From the NCBI GenBank assembly GCA_963705015.1, contig CAVPIN010000002.1, positions 2,207,697-2,271,696 of the forward strand: a DNA stretch of 64,000 nt, read 5' to 3'. Shown here piece after piece: positions 11,385 through 21,597 of this stretch. The translations under genes were made by a program, and so were the position numbers. A model generated the notes under the pieces. That model was not told where the DNA came from, did no database searches, and saw nothing but the letters and a program-made list of their open reading frames with translations. This DNA comes from Terriglobia bacterium (lineage in GTDB: Bacteria; Acidobacteriota; Terriglobia; Acidiferrales; UBA7541). Each line of letters opens with the position of its first letter. Position 1 is the stretch's first letter.

Positions 11385-14300
11385 TTAGTGCTGCGACTGA
11401 TACATAGACGACGAAGTGTAAAGATAAATCGCCGCCTGGGCCTGGCCCGTCTTGTCGGTTGGATCAAGTGCGCTGATTGCAGTGAGAATCGTTTGTTTCA
11501 TTTGCGTCGGCGTGCTCCCGTGCATGAACAGTGTGTCGAGCCACGCCACCATCTGATCCGATGTGCCGGCGTTGATCACGGGACTGAAATCGAGCGTCGT
11601 ATTCTGTCCGAGCGACTGGTACACCGCCGCATTGATGAAGTTCATGCGCTCCAGACTCGTGTTCGTGTCGAATATCGCGAACTCAGGCCCATTTAGCGTA
11701 GTGCCCGCAATCGGATTGACCGGCGGGAAGAAATTGAAGACCGTCGCTGGATTAAAAATGTCTTGCGACATGTTAGCGCTCCAATTCGCCAGCCCTCCCG
11801 CGTCGGTTTTTGCGTGGAATGCCCGCGCGATACTTCCAATCAGCACCACCGGTTCCCGTAGCTTGCCGTCCGTCACCACCACTGTCGCTGGGTTGTCGCC
11901 GCGTCGCGCTTCCGGATCCAGCAGAATCGCCGCGACCATCGCCTGCATGTCGCCGCGATTTCCCGACCCATAGCTGTTAAAGGTCCCGGTGTTGAATGCC
12001 GTGGCAACGCGCTGCACGTACGCCGGGCTGGGATTGCTGGTGACCAGGTGCTCGATCATCTGCCTGGCCACGAACGGACCCACGTTCGGATGATTGAAAA
12101 GGATTCCCAGGGCCGACGCCAAATCCTGCTCGGCGCTCTGGCCAGCCGGAATCGCTTGCCCCAGAATTGTTTTTGGTCCGCTATCGTGCAAAGCTTCCAC
12201 GGCCACCATCGGACCGCCGTAGTATTCCGGATTGTGATCTTGCGGCGGCTTGCCCGGTGTCACCGGGAATGTCCATCCGGTGAACGCGCGGCCCAGATCC
12301 ATTACGTCGTTTTGCGTATACGTCGGGATCGGATTTCCGCTGCTGTCCAGCACCGGCGTTCCGTCCGGATTCAACTGGTTTAATCCCAGGGAGAACAACT
12401 GCATGATTTCGCGCGCGTAATTTTCGTTCGCGTGCTCTCCAGCGGGAGGCGCGTCATTGTTCACCATATTCAGAAAATTCCCCATCGCCGGGGTCAACGT
12501 CACATCCGTCATCAGATTCAGGTAATTTCCCAGCGCATCCTTGCTGAGTGTGCGCAGATAATTCGTGTAACCCAGCGGGTCGTTCACGGTTTGTGCGCTC
12601 ACCACCCAAAGTTCGTTCAGTGCCAGCACATTGCGCATGCGCAACTGGTCCCCGCCGGCAATGGCATTCAGGAAAAACGTCTGCTGCACATTGTTGACGC
12701 TGTCATTGGGCCGCGGGTCCGGATAGGGTGTGACCGCTGAAGCGAACTGGTTCTGCAGGTACCTGTCAAAGCCGGTCTCCTGCAGTTGATTCAGGTTTTC
12801 CACGTCCGGCCCGAACGAAGCCTCCTCCAGAAAACGGTCCGCCGCCGCCGAACTCACGGGCGAGCCCGCGGTCGTCACGGTGACATTTACAGCATTGGAG
12901 GTTCCGCCGCCCGGCGCGGGGTTCGTCACAATCACGGGGACGTTTCCGACCTGCGTGTTTGACGCGTTGCCGATCGCGGTGATCATCGTCGGAGCCACAT
13001 AGGTCACCTGCAGCGGTTGTCCGCCAAATGTCGCCGAGGACGTGCTTACAAATCCCGTCCCATTCAGCGTTATCTGAAAGGACCCGAGTCCCAGGGTCGA
13101 AGGAGTGATCGACGTGAGTGTTGGTGGCGGATTGATAAGCGTCACGGTAGCGCTGTCTGATTTCGCGGGATTCGCATTGCTGATCGCCGTCACAGTAGCG
13201 CTTCCCAGGCCCAAAATATTGTTCGGCGCGGTGTAATTGCCCAAATAATCGATACTGCCAACCGTGGTGTTTCCGTAGTTCACTCCATTCACCGACCACG
13301 TCACGCTCAAATCGATGGATCCCGTCACCGTCGCTTGGAATTGCTGCACGTTTCCGGCCCCGAGCGTGGCGGTTTTCGGGGAAATCGTCACGGTGATATT
13401 TGAGTTGGGGCCGACCACCTGCACGTTGAACGGTGCAGAAGTCGAGCCGCCCGGATCAGGATTGACAACCGTGACCGGCACCGTCCCTACCTGCGCCAAT
13501 GTGGGTGTGCCCACGGCCACCAATTGCGTCGGTGCAATGAACGTGGTGCTGAGCGCCAAGGTGCCGAGGTTCACGATGGACCCGGGAGTGAAGCCGGTTC
13601 CGTTTACGGTCATTTCAAATACCGTGTTCGCCGTGAATATCGTGGGTGCCACGCTACTGATCACCGGAATCGCATTTTCCAGCGTTACCGCCGCGCTCCC
13701 GGACCGCGTGGGATCCTCCACGCTGGTTGCGGTCACGGTGACCGTGTTCGGTGTGGGCAAAGTGAGAGGCGCGGTGAATGTGCCATTTGCCGCGATGGTG
13801 CCAATCGTAGAGTTGCCGCCAGCCACACCATTTACGGTCCAAGTGACACTCGGGTCTAAGGCGCCGGTCACCGTGGCCGTGAAAGCTTGTGGATTGCCGG
13901 TGCGCACCATGGCCGTTGCGGGCGTCACGACCACAGCGACTCCACCCTGTACCACGATGTTCACACCCACAGAAATGCTTGCCCCGGGACCTGGGTTATG
14001 GACCGTGATCGTCTGTGTTCCCGCTTGCGCGATCGTCGCCGTGCCCGCTGCCGTCAGTTGTGTCGACGAAACATAGGCCGTCATGAGCGCGGTGGTTCCC
14101 ATATATGCGACCGCACCCTGTGCGAAATGCAACCCGCCCAGGGTTATCAGGAACGAGCCTTGGGGAATGCTCATTGGGGCCACGGTTGTCAATTGCGGAA
14201 CTGGATTATCCAGCGTGGCGCCGGCATTCCCGAGTTTTCTAACGTCCGTCGTTTCGACCGCGCTGATGGTGATGGAATTGGGTGCCGGCGGAAATTCCGG

Positions 14301-14648
14301 CGCGGTGTACATTCCATTGGCGTCAATGGTCCCGAAAATCGCATTTCCCCCCGCAATTCCGTTAATCGACCAGTTCACCGCTGGTTTCGACCCGTCACCT
14401 GTTTTCGCGATGTATTGTTGCTGCGCCACGCCGGGGATGGACATGCCCGACGGTGTCACGGTCAGTGCTGTCAGCCCCGCTCCACTCGCTGTTCCCGAGC
14501 CGCCTGGTAGAATTGCCTGGGCGCACCCGCCCAACAGCACCACCGCAGCCAGCATCACCGGTACGAATCGTTTCACGACATCTCCCCTGTCACTCCCCAG
14601 ACCGCTGGCCGCACACCACACCCGTGTCACATGCGTCGGGCATTTCAA
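11385..14648 (-). CDS. DUF1800 domain protein with a roughly 600-aa N-terminal extension of 3x (Big2-like Ig + IPT/TIG-like) modules; lipoprotein signal
   Basis: 1087-aa ORF. VLLGGCAQA lipobox. Three roughly 185-aa modules (..VNWSINGIAGGN..TAP.. then ..P.I.SV.P......F.ITLNGTGF..) cover about 12806-14471. The C-terminal part AAADRFLEEASFGPD...FFLNAI...NENYAREIMQLFSLG... is DUF1800-like. The exact start is uncertain (a GTG at VKRFVPVML is possible). Confidence 0.85.
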   Translation of the reverse strand: MKCPTHVTRVWCAASGLGSDRGDVVKRFVPVMLAAVVLLGGCAQAILPGGSGTASGAGLTALTVTPSGMSIPGVAQQQYIAKTGDGSKPAVNWSINGIAGGNAIFGTIDANGMYTAPEFPPAPNSITISAVETTDVRKLGNAGATLDNPVPQLTTVAPMSIPQGSFLITLGGLHFAQGAVAYMGTTALMTAYVSSTQLTAAGTATIAQAGTQTITVHNPGPGASISVGVNIVVQGGVAVVVTPATAMVRTGNPQAFTATVTGALDPSVTWTVNGVAGGNSTIGTIAANGTFTAPLTLPTPNTVTVTATSVEDPTRSGSAAVTLENAIPVISSVAPTIFTANTVFEMTVNGTGFTPGSIVNLGTLALSTTFIAPTQLVAVGTPTLAQVGTVPVTVVNPDPGGSTSAPFNVQVVGPNSNITVTISPKTATLGAGNVQQFQATVTGSIDLSVTWSVNGVNYGNTTVGSIDYLGNYTAPNNILGLGSATVTAISNANPAKSDSATVTLINPPPTLTSITPSTLGLGSFQITLNGTGFVSTSSATFGGQPLQVTYVAPTMITAIGNASNTQVGNVPVIVTNPAPGGGTSNAVNVTVTTAGSPVSSAAADRFLEEASFGPDVENLNQLQETGFDRYLQNQFASAVTPYPDPRPNDSVNNVQQTFFLNAIAGGDQLRMRNVLALNELWVVSAQTVNDPLGYTNYLRTLSKDALGNYLNLMTDVTLTPAMGNFLNMVNNDAPPAGEHANENYAREIMQLFSLGLNQLNPDGTPVLDSSGNPIPTYTQNDVMDLGRAFTGWTFPVTPGKPPQDHNPEYYGGPMVAVEALHDSGPKTILGQAIPAGQSAEQDLASALGILFNHPNVGPFVARQMIEHLVTSNPSPAYVQRVATAFNTGTFNSYGSGNRGDMQAMVAAILLDPEARRGDNPATVVVTDGKLREPVVLIGSIARAFHAKTDAGGLANWSANMSQDIFNPATVFNFFPPVNPIAGTTLNGPEFAIFDTNTSLERMNFINAAVYQSLGQNTTLDFSPVINAGTSDQMVAWLDTLFMHGSTPTQMKQTILTAISALDPTDKTGQAQAAIYLYTSSSMYQSQH

Positions 14649-15455
14649 CCTGCGGCGAGGTCGGTTTTGATTGTGAAAGAGTACAAGGGCTAATCGATTG
14701 GCACTACTGGACGCAGGGCCAGAATCGGAGCAACTGTTCCCCGGTCCCAGTAAGGTTCAAATTGCACTTTTGTTTATGATTTATCTAAACGTAGCTTGAT
14801 ATCCGGCCGCTTCTTAAGGTACACCGAATCAATGAACCGCACCTGACGCTGATCGAGCGTGAGAATACTTAGAGAATATGCGTATTGGCATTTGTTGTTA
14901 TGTCGGATGGCCAGAAGGGGGATTTGAAATGAGGTGACAGGTATCGAATGAGTGGTACAAACACTCGGGCCGGTCCGTCTGGTGTTTCTCAGGGCGTTGT
15001 GTCAACGACCATAGATAGCAATATGCTTGTCGGGCGCGTGAGTATTCCTCTTGCTGACGATGGCGCCGAGCATTAGATTCTAGTTGTGCTTGGTCAGTGG
15101 GGATGACAACTCAGAAGATCATCTTGCCTTAACCATTGCAGCAGGGAACATACATTCCGTGCTCATTCCCTGTTCAGGTTGAAGTTAGGAGAGCAATCGG
15201 TCGCTCCACAGTGCTCCCATTTCTGCACCTATCTGCGGCCCTGTGTGCTTCAGGGCGCAAATTCCCCTGTATTTTCCCCTGTTCGCAGTGAACTTGGGAA
15301 GAAAGGGAGTTCGCGCGAGACTGCATCCACCGCCAGCCCGGACGTTTTACTCTGACGCAAATCATTGCATGTGTCGATGGCATTTCGCGTTCCCGAGCAT
15401 TATGCGCGTTTGCTCTCCCACGCAAGGACCGCACTTTCAGCTATAATTCCCGGCC

Positions 15456-16139
15456 ATGCCGCAATCTTCGGCAGCCTCGCTCCAGCCAGCGCCCGCGTTC
15501 GAGCCGCCGCGCTCGATCGTGATCGAAGGGCCGATCCGCGTGGGCAAATCGACTCTGGCGCGCATCCTGGCCGACCGCCTGCACGCGCGGCGCGTCTTCG
15601 ACCCCGAGGACAATCCCTTCCTGGCCGATTTTTACAAGGAAAAACCCGGCTCGGCCTTCCGCGCGCAAATGTATTTCCTGATCGAGCGGCACCGCCGCCT
15701 CAGTGAGGCGCAACAGGGAGATGTGGGCGGGCCGCTGGTTTCTGATTTTCAATTTGAGAAGGACAAAATCTTCGCCTACATCAATCTGGACAACGAAGAA
15801 TTGAAGCTCTACGAGCGCTATTTTGAAATATTTCACGCGGCGCTCAAACCACCCGACCTGGTCATCTACCTCCAGGCGACTCCGGAAGTCTTGCGCGAAC
15901 GCATCGCCAAGAAACAATCTCCGGCGGAGAAACAGATTTCGCGCGCCTATCTCGAAGAAGTGGTCCGCGCCTACGAACATTTCTTTTTCCGGTATTCGGC
16001 GTCCGACCTGCTGGTCATTAACACTTCGGAGATTGACTTCGTTGACCGCAACGAGGACCTGCAGCAACTCCTGCGCCGGCTGCAGGAGCCCGTCAAGGGC
16101 ACGCAGTATTTCCTGCCGTTGGGCAATGCCACGGACTGA
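15456..16139 (+). CDS. Deoxynucleoside kinase family protein
   Basis: P-loop IVIEGPIRVGKSTLARIL, then NPFLADFY, FRAQMYFLIERH and YLQATPEVLRERIAKK, matching the dNK/dCK-dGK family layout. The antisense ORF 15441-16157 is a GC artefact. Confidence 0.8.
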   Translation: MPQSSAASLQPAPAFEPPRSIVIEGPIRVGKSTLARILADRLHARRVFDPEDNPFLADFYKEKPGSAFRAQMYFLIERHRRLSEAQQGDVGGPLVSDFQFEKDKIFAYINLDNEELKLYERYFEIFHAALKPPDLVIYLQATPEVLRERIAKKQSPAEKQISRAYLEEVVRAYEHFFFRYSASDLLVINTSEIDFVDRNEDLQQLLRRLQEPVKGTQYFLPLGNATD

Positions 16140-16168
16140 CGACAGATAGTGATTCACTTTGAGATGTG

Positions 16169-16267
16169 CCCGTTCCGTCCCAAAAACGGGACGGAACGTC
16201 CTCTACAAAAGCTGCGTGCAATTGTTGGTAGCAGGTTTTGTAGAGGCCGCCCGTTCTCCGGGCGGGC
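16169..16267. repeat. REP-like cluster of three hairpins between convergent genes
   Basis: Three hairpins: cgttccgtccc/gggacggaacg (16171-16198), cctctacaaaa/ttttgtagagg (16200-16246) and gcccg/cgggc (16249-16263). Shares the GGTTTTGTAG motif with the REP units flanking the RAYT gene at 47.2-47.9 kb. Confidence 0.6.
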
Positions 16268-16335
16268 ATCTGTCCGTCCATTTGTGGATCAAATGGAGCC
16301 CCCACCGACGACAGCTTCGCATTGATTCGCCCGGC

Positions 16336-17280
16336 TCAGAAAAGTTTCCTTCCCGGCAGTACGTGCTTCCCGATTGCCGCGGAAACGGTGTACATCGGCT
16401 CATTCACGACCTGGCTCAGGCGCAGATTCATAGCCACGCTGCAGAGCAGGTAAGCATGCACTTCGCTGAAGCCCCAACGCACGGCAAGAAAATCGATCAT
16501 GCGCGAGGTCGCCGCTGCCGCCGCGGCGATCGCATCGGTTGCCGACTCCACCATGATCCAGGATCCTTCATCCCCTGCGGCGCCTGATGTTCGCGGCGCC
16601 GCTGTCTCGATCATGGGTCCTGCCAGCGGAACATTTTTGTGCAAATGAAAGCGCAGCGTGACGTCCGTCGAACACTCGATTCCGTTGATGCACACTTCCC
16701 CGTCACCCTGCGCCGCGTGCCCGTCCCCGGCGGAAAACAGCGCGCCGGGATTCATTACCGGCAAATACAGCGTTGCGCCGCTGCATAGTTCGCGGACATC
16801 CATGTTGCCGCCAAACGGTCCCGGCGGCCGCGTGCGAAATTCGCCGTCTTCGGCCTGCGCCACCCCCATGACTCCGCAGAACGGCAGCAGCGGCACGGAC
16901 GCAGGCGCGAGCGAGCGGCTCACTGCTCCGTCGAGTTTCCAATGAAAAAGGTAAGGTCCGGGAAAACGCTCCTTGAGAAAACCTTGCCCGTTGAATACGC
17001 TCGACCAGCCCCAGCCTTTATGCGCAACTTCGAGGACTTCGATCTGCAACACGTCGCCCGGCGCCGCGCCTTCCACGAAAATCGGCCCGGTCAACGCGTG
17101 GATGCGGCCGCGGTCAATGGTGAGAAACTCAGCGACAGTCATTGCGGGGCGCACCTGCGCGCCGCTGGAGTCGACACACTCCATGTGCACGGTGTCTCCT
17201 GAAGTGATACGGAGGCGCGGCGCGAGCGCGCGATTCCAGCGAGAGTGCGTGGGATTTGCCGAAAGAACGTGTGTGGTCAT
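16336..17280 (-). CDS. Acetamidase/formamidase family protein
   Basis: 314-aa ORF. SRWNRALAPRLRITSGDTVHMECVDSSG...GPIFVEGAAPGDVLQIEVLEV...GWGWS...GGNMD...GDGHAAQGDGEV is typical of the FmdA_AmdA family. Confidence 0.85.
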   Translation of the reverse strand: MTTHVLSANPTHSRWNRALAPRLRITSGDTVHMECVDSSGAQVRPAMTVAEFLTIDRGRIHALTGPIFVEGAAPGDVLQIEVLEVAHKGWGWSSVFNGQGFLKERFPGPYLFHWKLDGAVSRSLAPASVPLLPFCGVMGVAQAEDGEFRTRPPGPFGGNMDVRELCSGATLYLPVMNPGALFSAGDGHAAQGDGEVCINGIECSTDVTLRFHLHKNVPLAGPMIETAAPRTSGAAGDEGSWIMVESATDAIAAAAAATSRMIDFLAVRWGFSEVHAYLLCSVAMNLRLSQVVNEPMYTVSAAIGKHVLPGRKLF

Positions 17281-17345
17281 TGCGCTGTTATACCTCGACC
17301 GTCATTTGATATTCAAACAGCGCGCGAGATAGCGGCAGGGAGAGA

Positions 17346-18755
17346 CTAAGAATCAACTGCAGCGCTTTTGCCGCGTGTGGCCAAGAACCAGAGCATCCCC
17401 AGAGTCAGATAGGCAAGATAGACATAAGGAAGTTTGCCGTAAGGGCCTTCGGGCACGGGATAGAGATTGCCGACGAGCGCCAACAGCATGGCGATTCCGG
17501 CCATTGCCGAGATCACTCGCGCGTTGTGCCGAAAAACGCCGTGGTCATGCAAATAGCGCGGCAAGGCGAAGCACACCAGCGCGTAGGCAACAATGAATCC
17601 GTAGGTCGCGAGCGAGCCCATCCATCCATACACGTCGAGGCCGCTGGCGCCACGGCCCGCGAGAATCGCGACGGGCAAGAATGTTGCAACGCCGGTCACA
17701 ATCGCAGCACGAACGGGGGTTTCGTGGCGGACGTGTGTGGTGCGCAACGATTCGTGAGCGAGCCCGTGGTGCGCCATCAGCAGCAGGACACGGGCTGCAG
17801 CGGTAATGCAGGCCAGCGTTCCGGCGAACATGCTCACGAGCGCGCCCATATCGATCAGCAATCCAAATATCGGAACGCGAGCCACTTGCGCGAGGACATG
17901 CATCGGAATCTGGCTCGTTCCGAGGTCCTGCCCGGCAAGGTAAAAGCCGAGCACTTCCGTATAAGCCGAAAGAGTGAAAAAGGCTCCCGCGATGATTGCG
18001 CTTTGAATCACAGCGCGTGGAATTGTCTTGAGCGGATTGCGCGCCTCGGCGCCCAGCGTTGTGGCGCTCTCAAATCCAACAAAACTGAAAAGCGCCAGGA
18101 CGAGGCCGAGCCGCAGGCCGCTCCCCGTCATGCCGCGAAGCTGCAGCTGCTCCTTGTCCAAATGGAAACCTCGCCCCGCAAGCACGAGCAACACCACAGT
18201 CAGGATCACCACCAGGGACACTGCCTCAATCCACAGCATCAGCCGGGCTGAAATTTTTACGTCGCGGCAGGCAATCCAGGTAGAAACGCCGGTGACGACG
18301 ATGGTCAGAAAAATAGTTGAGGTCGAGTGACTGGTGGCGTCAACGAGCAAGACGTTGGCATAGTGGTAGAAGCCACCTGCAACGCTCGCTCCCGTGGCGA
18401 CGTAGGCCAGGAGCAGGCTCCAGGCGGCGACGGCCCCCATCCAGGGAGGCAAGATCATGGAAGCATACGTATATAAGGAACCGGGAGAGGATGAGTAGCG
18501 TGCAAAGCGGCTGATACAGAGCGCTACCAAAAGTATGGCGGCGGTCGCCAGCACATAGGCGAGCCACGTCCCATTTCCGGCCAGCGCGCAAACCAAGGGA
18601 ATCGTAGCTACAGGGGTGGTGGTGGGCGCGATCGTGGAAACCGACTGCGCGAGCGTTTCCATGGGGGACAGAACGCCCTGCCGTAAACCATAGCTTGCAT
18701 GTGGAGAAGGTCCTTCTACTCTCGCGCTTCCGCCAATCTGTGGTGGCACGGCCAT
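17346..18755 (-). CDS. APC-family amino acid permease
   Basis: 469 aa with about 12 predicted hydrophobic segments and an APC-like N-terminal region (LRQGVLSPMETLAQSVSTIAPT). Confidence 0.8.
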   Translation of the reverse strand: MAVPPQIGGSARVEGPSPHASYGLRQGVLSPMETLAQSVSTIAPTTTPVATIPLVCALAGNGTWLAYVLATAAILLVALCISRFARYSSSPGSLYTYASMILPPWMGAVAAWSLLLAYVATGASVAGGFYHYANVLLVDATSHSTSTIFLTIVVTGVSTWIACRDVKISARLMLWIEAVSLVVILTVVLLVLAGRGFHLDKEQLQLRGMTGSGLRLGLVLALFSFVGFESATTLGAEARNPLKTIPRAVIQSAIIAGAFFTLSAYTEVLGFYLAGQDLGTSQIPMHVLAQVARVPIFGLLIDMGALVSMFAGTLACITAAARVLLLMAHHGLAHESLRTTHVRHETPVRAAIVTGVATFLPVAILAGRGASGLDVYGWMGSLATYGFIVAYALVCFALPRYLHDHGVFRHNARVISAMAGIAMLLALVGNLYPVPEGPYGKLPYVYLAYLTLGMLWFLATRGKSAAVDS

Positions 18756-18866
18756 GCCGTACCATACAGGCCCAGCGGAAGGGACGCAACGCCGAAGGTC
18801 GGATACGAATCATAGCAAAATCGCATCTTCTGAGCCGCCACGCGCATGGAGTTTACGGAAGCAGAT

Positions 18867-19715
18867 CTAATTCGTGACAAAATTTACTTCTACTCGCAAA
18901 TCCACCGGCGTGGCTTCGCCATCCAGGACCGTCGGTTCGTATTTCCTCTGCGACACCGCTTTCATCGCTGCCGCGATAAGCAGGGGCGGCCCGCTGATGG
19001 CGCGCTCCTCGATCACATTACCGTGCTCGTCGATAATCGCTTCGATGACGACCACGCCTTGTACGTGCGATTGCTTCGCTAGAATTGGATAGACTGGCGC
19101 CGGACCTGAGAGCAGTCGCGGCGGCTTCACTTCGCCCCCGACGCGCACCGGCCGCTTCGGACCTTCGGCCACTGGCGCTGCGGGCATGGCCACTTCTTTC
19201 ATCACGCCGCCGAAAACGCCGCCCATCTGTCCTCCGGCGATCCCGCCCGGCACACCGTCCGACGCCCCCGCAAACGATTCTTCTGGGGGCGCCATATCAC
19301 TAGCCACCGCGACGGACTTGGGAACGAACGACGGGGCCGTTAATTTTCCTGGCGTGAATGTTTTAGGCGTCGTATGCACAGCCCGCGCGACTGCCGCTGG
19401 TGGTGGGGGAGGAGGTGCGGCCGCCGGCGGCGGCAGGGGCGCTACCAGCAGCGTCATGTTCAGCCGATGCATGTCCAGGCCTTGCGAAAAATACAGCGGC
19501 AACATCAGGAGCAAACCCAATACCGCGGCGTGAGCCCCCAGCGATACCGCCCATTTCAGCGGGTGCCGTTTCTGCCGCGTCGAACTCCTCTCGAGCAACG
19601 CCTCGGCAAGAAGATCCTGTTGCGCCGCCACCTGCGTTGGAGGCAACACGACAATCCTTTTCGCCATCGCGCCATTTTGTAAATCCTCCAAATTGAAAAT
19701 ACTTTGATTTGACAT
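18867..19715 (-). CDS. tonB: Energy transducer TonB
   Basis: Start trimmed to MSNQSIF (GGGAGG 9 nt upstream). One TM segment. Pro/Ala-rich spacer PLPPPAAAPPPPPPAAV. TonB C-terminal domain PVYPILAKQSHVQGVVVIEAIIDEHGNV...YEPTVLDGEATPVDLRVEVNF. Confidence 0.85.
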   Translation of the reverse strand: MSNQSIFNLEDLQNGAMAKRIVVLPPTQVAAQQDLLAEALLERSSTRQKRHPLKWAVSLGAHAAVLGLLLMLPLYFSQGLDMHRLNMTLLVAPLPPPAAAPPPPPPAAVARAVHTTPKTFTPGKLTAPSFVPKSVAVASDMAPPEESFAGASDGVPGGIAGGQMGGVFGGVMKEVAMPAAPVAEGPKRPVRVGGEVKPPRLLSGPAPVYPILAKQSHVQGVVVIEAIIDEHGNVIEERAISGPPLLIAAAMKAVSQRKYEPTVLDGEATPVDLRVEVNFVTN

Positions 19716-20152
19716 TCGGCCGTACCTCCCTTTTCCCGTGACAAAATGTCCGCGAAAAATCCGGGCAGACCTCCGGTTCATGTCCTATCCAAAAGAACTA
19801 CTTCCATTGAGTGGGACACGACACTGTGCCCGGTGAAACTGAAGCGTCAGCAACCTGCGGGGGAACTGCTCATTTCGTCGCGGAAAAGTGAGATGAAACC
19901 AACTCCTGTAAAAAAACTCCTAATACTTCTCTTTTAGTTTGCTCACCCTAGGCAAATAAAGCAAACTCAAAAACTAAATCGGGTACATAGAAAAACCTTA
20001 TTTGGCAGGGATCGAATCTCTCGGCATTTTTCTGGACTATAAAGCAATTGCGAAACGAAGGTTAGTGGATGCAGGACACCAAGTTTGCCCGGAGGATATG
20101 GAACAGCGACACTTGAAATTGATGCTACCGCTGCGAAAACTTCCGTTGGACG

Positions 20153-20854
20153 TTACACGCTCAGATGCGCGCGCACAACTTCGTCAGTAAGCTCACCGAT
20201 CGCACCAACAACAGCTCGCCGCCCGTTGGTGAGGATGCAGAACTCCCTCGCCACGCGGCGCGCGAACGGCAATTTCTGCTCTACCAGAAGCACAGCCAGT
20301 CCCTCTTCTTTGTTTAGCCTCAAGACAATGTCGCCGATTTCGTGGACGATATTTGGCTGGATCCCTTCTGTCGGCTCATCAAGGATAAGCAACTTCGGCT
20401 CGAGAACAAGTGCTCGGCCAATCGCGAGTTGCTGCTGCTGCCCTCCGGAAAGGTCGCCGCCACGCCGGCGCATCATCTGTTTCAGCACGGGAAACAAGTC
20501 GAAGATACGTTTCGGGATTTGCCGGGCGCCATTCTTGCGTACGCCCAGGCCGATACTCAGATTTTCCTCCACCGTCAGATGCGAAAAAATCTCCCTTCCC
20601 TGCGGCACGTATCCGATACCGAGCTTGGCACGCTCCTCGGCCGGACGTTTGAGCAATTCGGCTCCGTCAAAGGTAACGCTTCCGGAACTGGTCGGCAGCA
20701 GTCCCATGATGCATTTCAAAAGTGTTGTTTTACCCATACCGTTGCGTCCCAGCACGCACACGAGCGCGCCAGCGGGCACGGAGAGATTGACATCCCACAA
20801 CGTGTGGCTGCCTCCGTAGAACTGGTTGAGGGTTTTAACCTCCAGCACGCTCAT
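20153..20854 (-). CDS. urtE: Urea ABC transporter ATP-binding protein UrtE
   Basis: LEVKTLNQFYGGSHTLWDVNLSVPAGALVCVLGRNGMGKTTLLKCIMGLLP, Walker A/B and LSGGQQQ signature. Overlaps the urtD stop by 4 bp. Confidence 0.9.
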   Translation of the reverse strand: MSVLEVKTLNQFYGGSHTLWDVNLSVPAGALVCVLGRNGMGKTTLLKCIMGLLPTSSGSVTFDGAELLKRPAEERAKLGIGYVPQGREIFSHLTVEENLSIGLGVRKNGARQIPKRIFDLFPVLKQMMRRRGGDLSGGQQQQLAIGRALVLEPKLLILDEPTEGIQPNIVHEIGDIVLRLNKEEGLAVLLVEQKLPFARRVAREFCILTNGRRAVVGAIGELTDEVVRAHLSV

Positions 20855-21597
20855 CCTCCAAGATAGACCTCAATTACGCGCGGATCGTTCTGCACCTGGT
20901 CCATATTGCCTTCGGCAATCACTCGCCCCTCGTGCAACACAGTGACGCGCTTGGCAATGGAACGGACGAACTCCATGTCGTGCTCGACCACTACCACGGA
21001 GTGTTTTCCCGCGAGCGACTGCAGTAGCGCTTCCGTGCGCTCGATCTCCTGTGGCGTCATACCAGCGACTGGCTCGTCGACTAAAAGCAGATCCGGCTCT
21101 TGCATCATTAGCATGCCGATCTCGAGCCATTGCTTCTGGCCGTGGGCGAGTGTTCCGCCGAGCGCCTGGTGTTGCCGTTCGAGACCGATGAGTTCGAGGA
21201 CCTCATAGATTCTCCCCTCTTGCGCATTCGTTCTACGAGCGAACAGCGTCTTCAAGAATGACTTGTCGCCGGCCAATGCCAGGTCGAGATTTTCAAACAC
21301 CGTAAGCCGCTCGAAAATAGTCGGCTTCTGAAATTTTCGCCCGATCCCCGCCTGCGCGATTTCGGGTTCAGACATTTTGAGCAGGTTCAATTTCTCGCCA
21401 AACCGCACCGTGCCCGAATCCGGACGAGTTTTGCCGGTGATGACGTCCATCATCGTGGTCTTCCCCGCGCCGTTCGGTCCGATGATACAGCGGAGCTCGC
21501 CGGGCTCGATCTGCAAGGAGAGTTCATTGAGCGCCTTGAAGCCGTCGAAGCTGACGGTCAACTTATCGAGATAAAGAGTTTTGCCCTGTTCGCTCAT
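20851..21597 (-). CDS. urtD: Urea ABC transporter ATP-binding protein UrtD
   Basis: Start trimmed to MSEQGKTLYLDKLTVSFDGFKALNELSLQIEPGELRCIIGPNGAGKTTMMDVITGKTRPDSG (hallmark UrtD N-terminus). Begins immediately after the urtC stop. Confidence 0.9.
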   Translation of the reverse strand: MSEQGKTLYLDKLTVSFDGFKALNELSLQIEPGELRCIIGPNGAGKTTMMDVITGKTRPDSGTVRFGEKLNLLKMSEPEIAQAGIGRKFQKPTIFERLTVFENLDLALAGDKSFLKTLFARRTNAQEGRIYEVLELIGLERQHQALGGTLAHGQKQWLEIGMLMMQEPDLLLVDEPVAGMTPQEIERTEALLQSLAGKHSVVVVEHDMEFVRSIAKRVTVLHEGRVIAEGNMDQVQNDPRVIEVYLGG

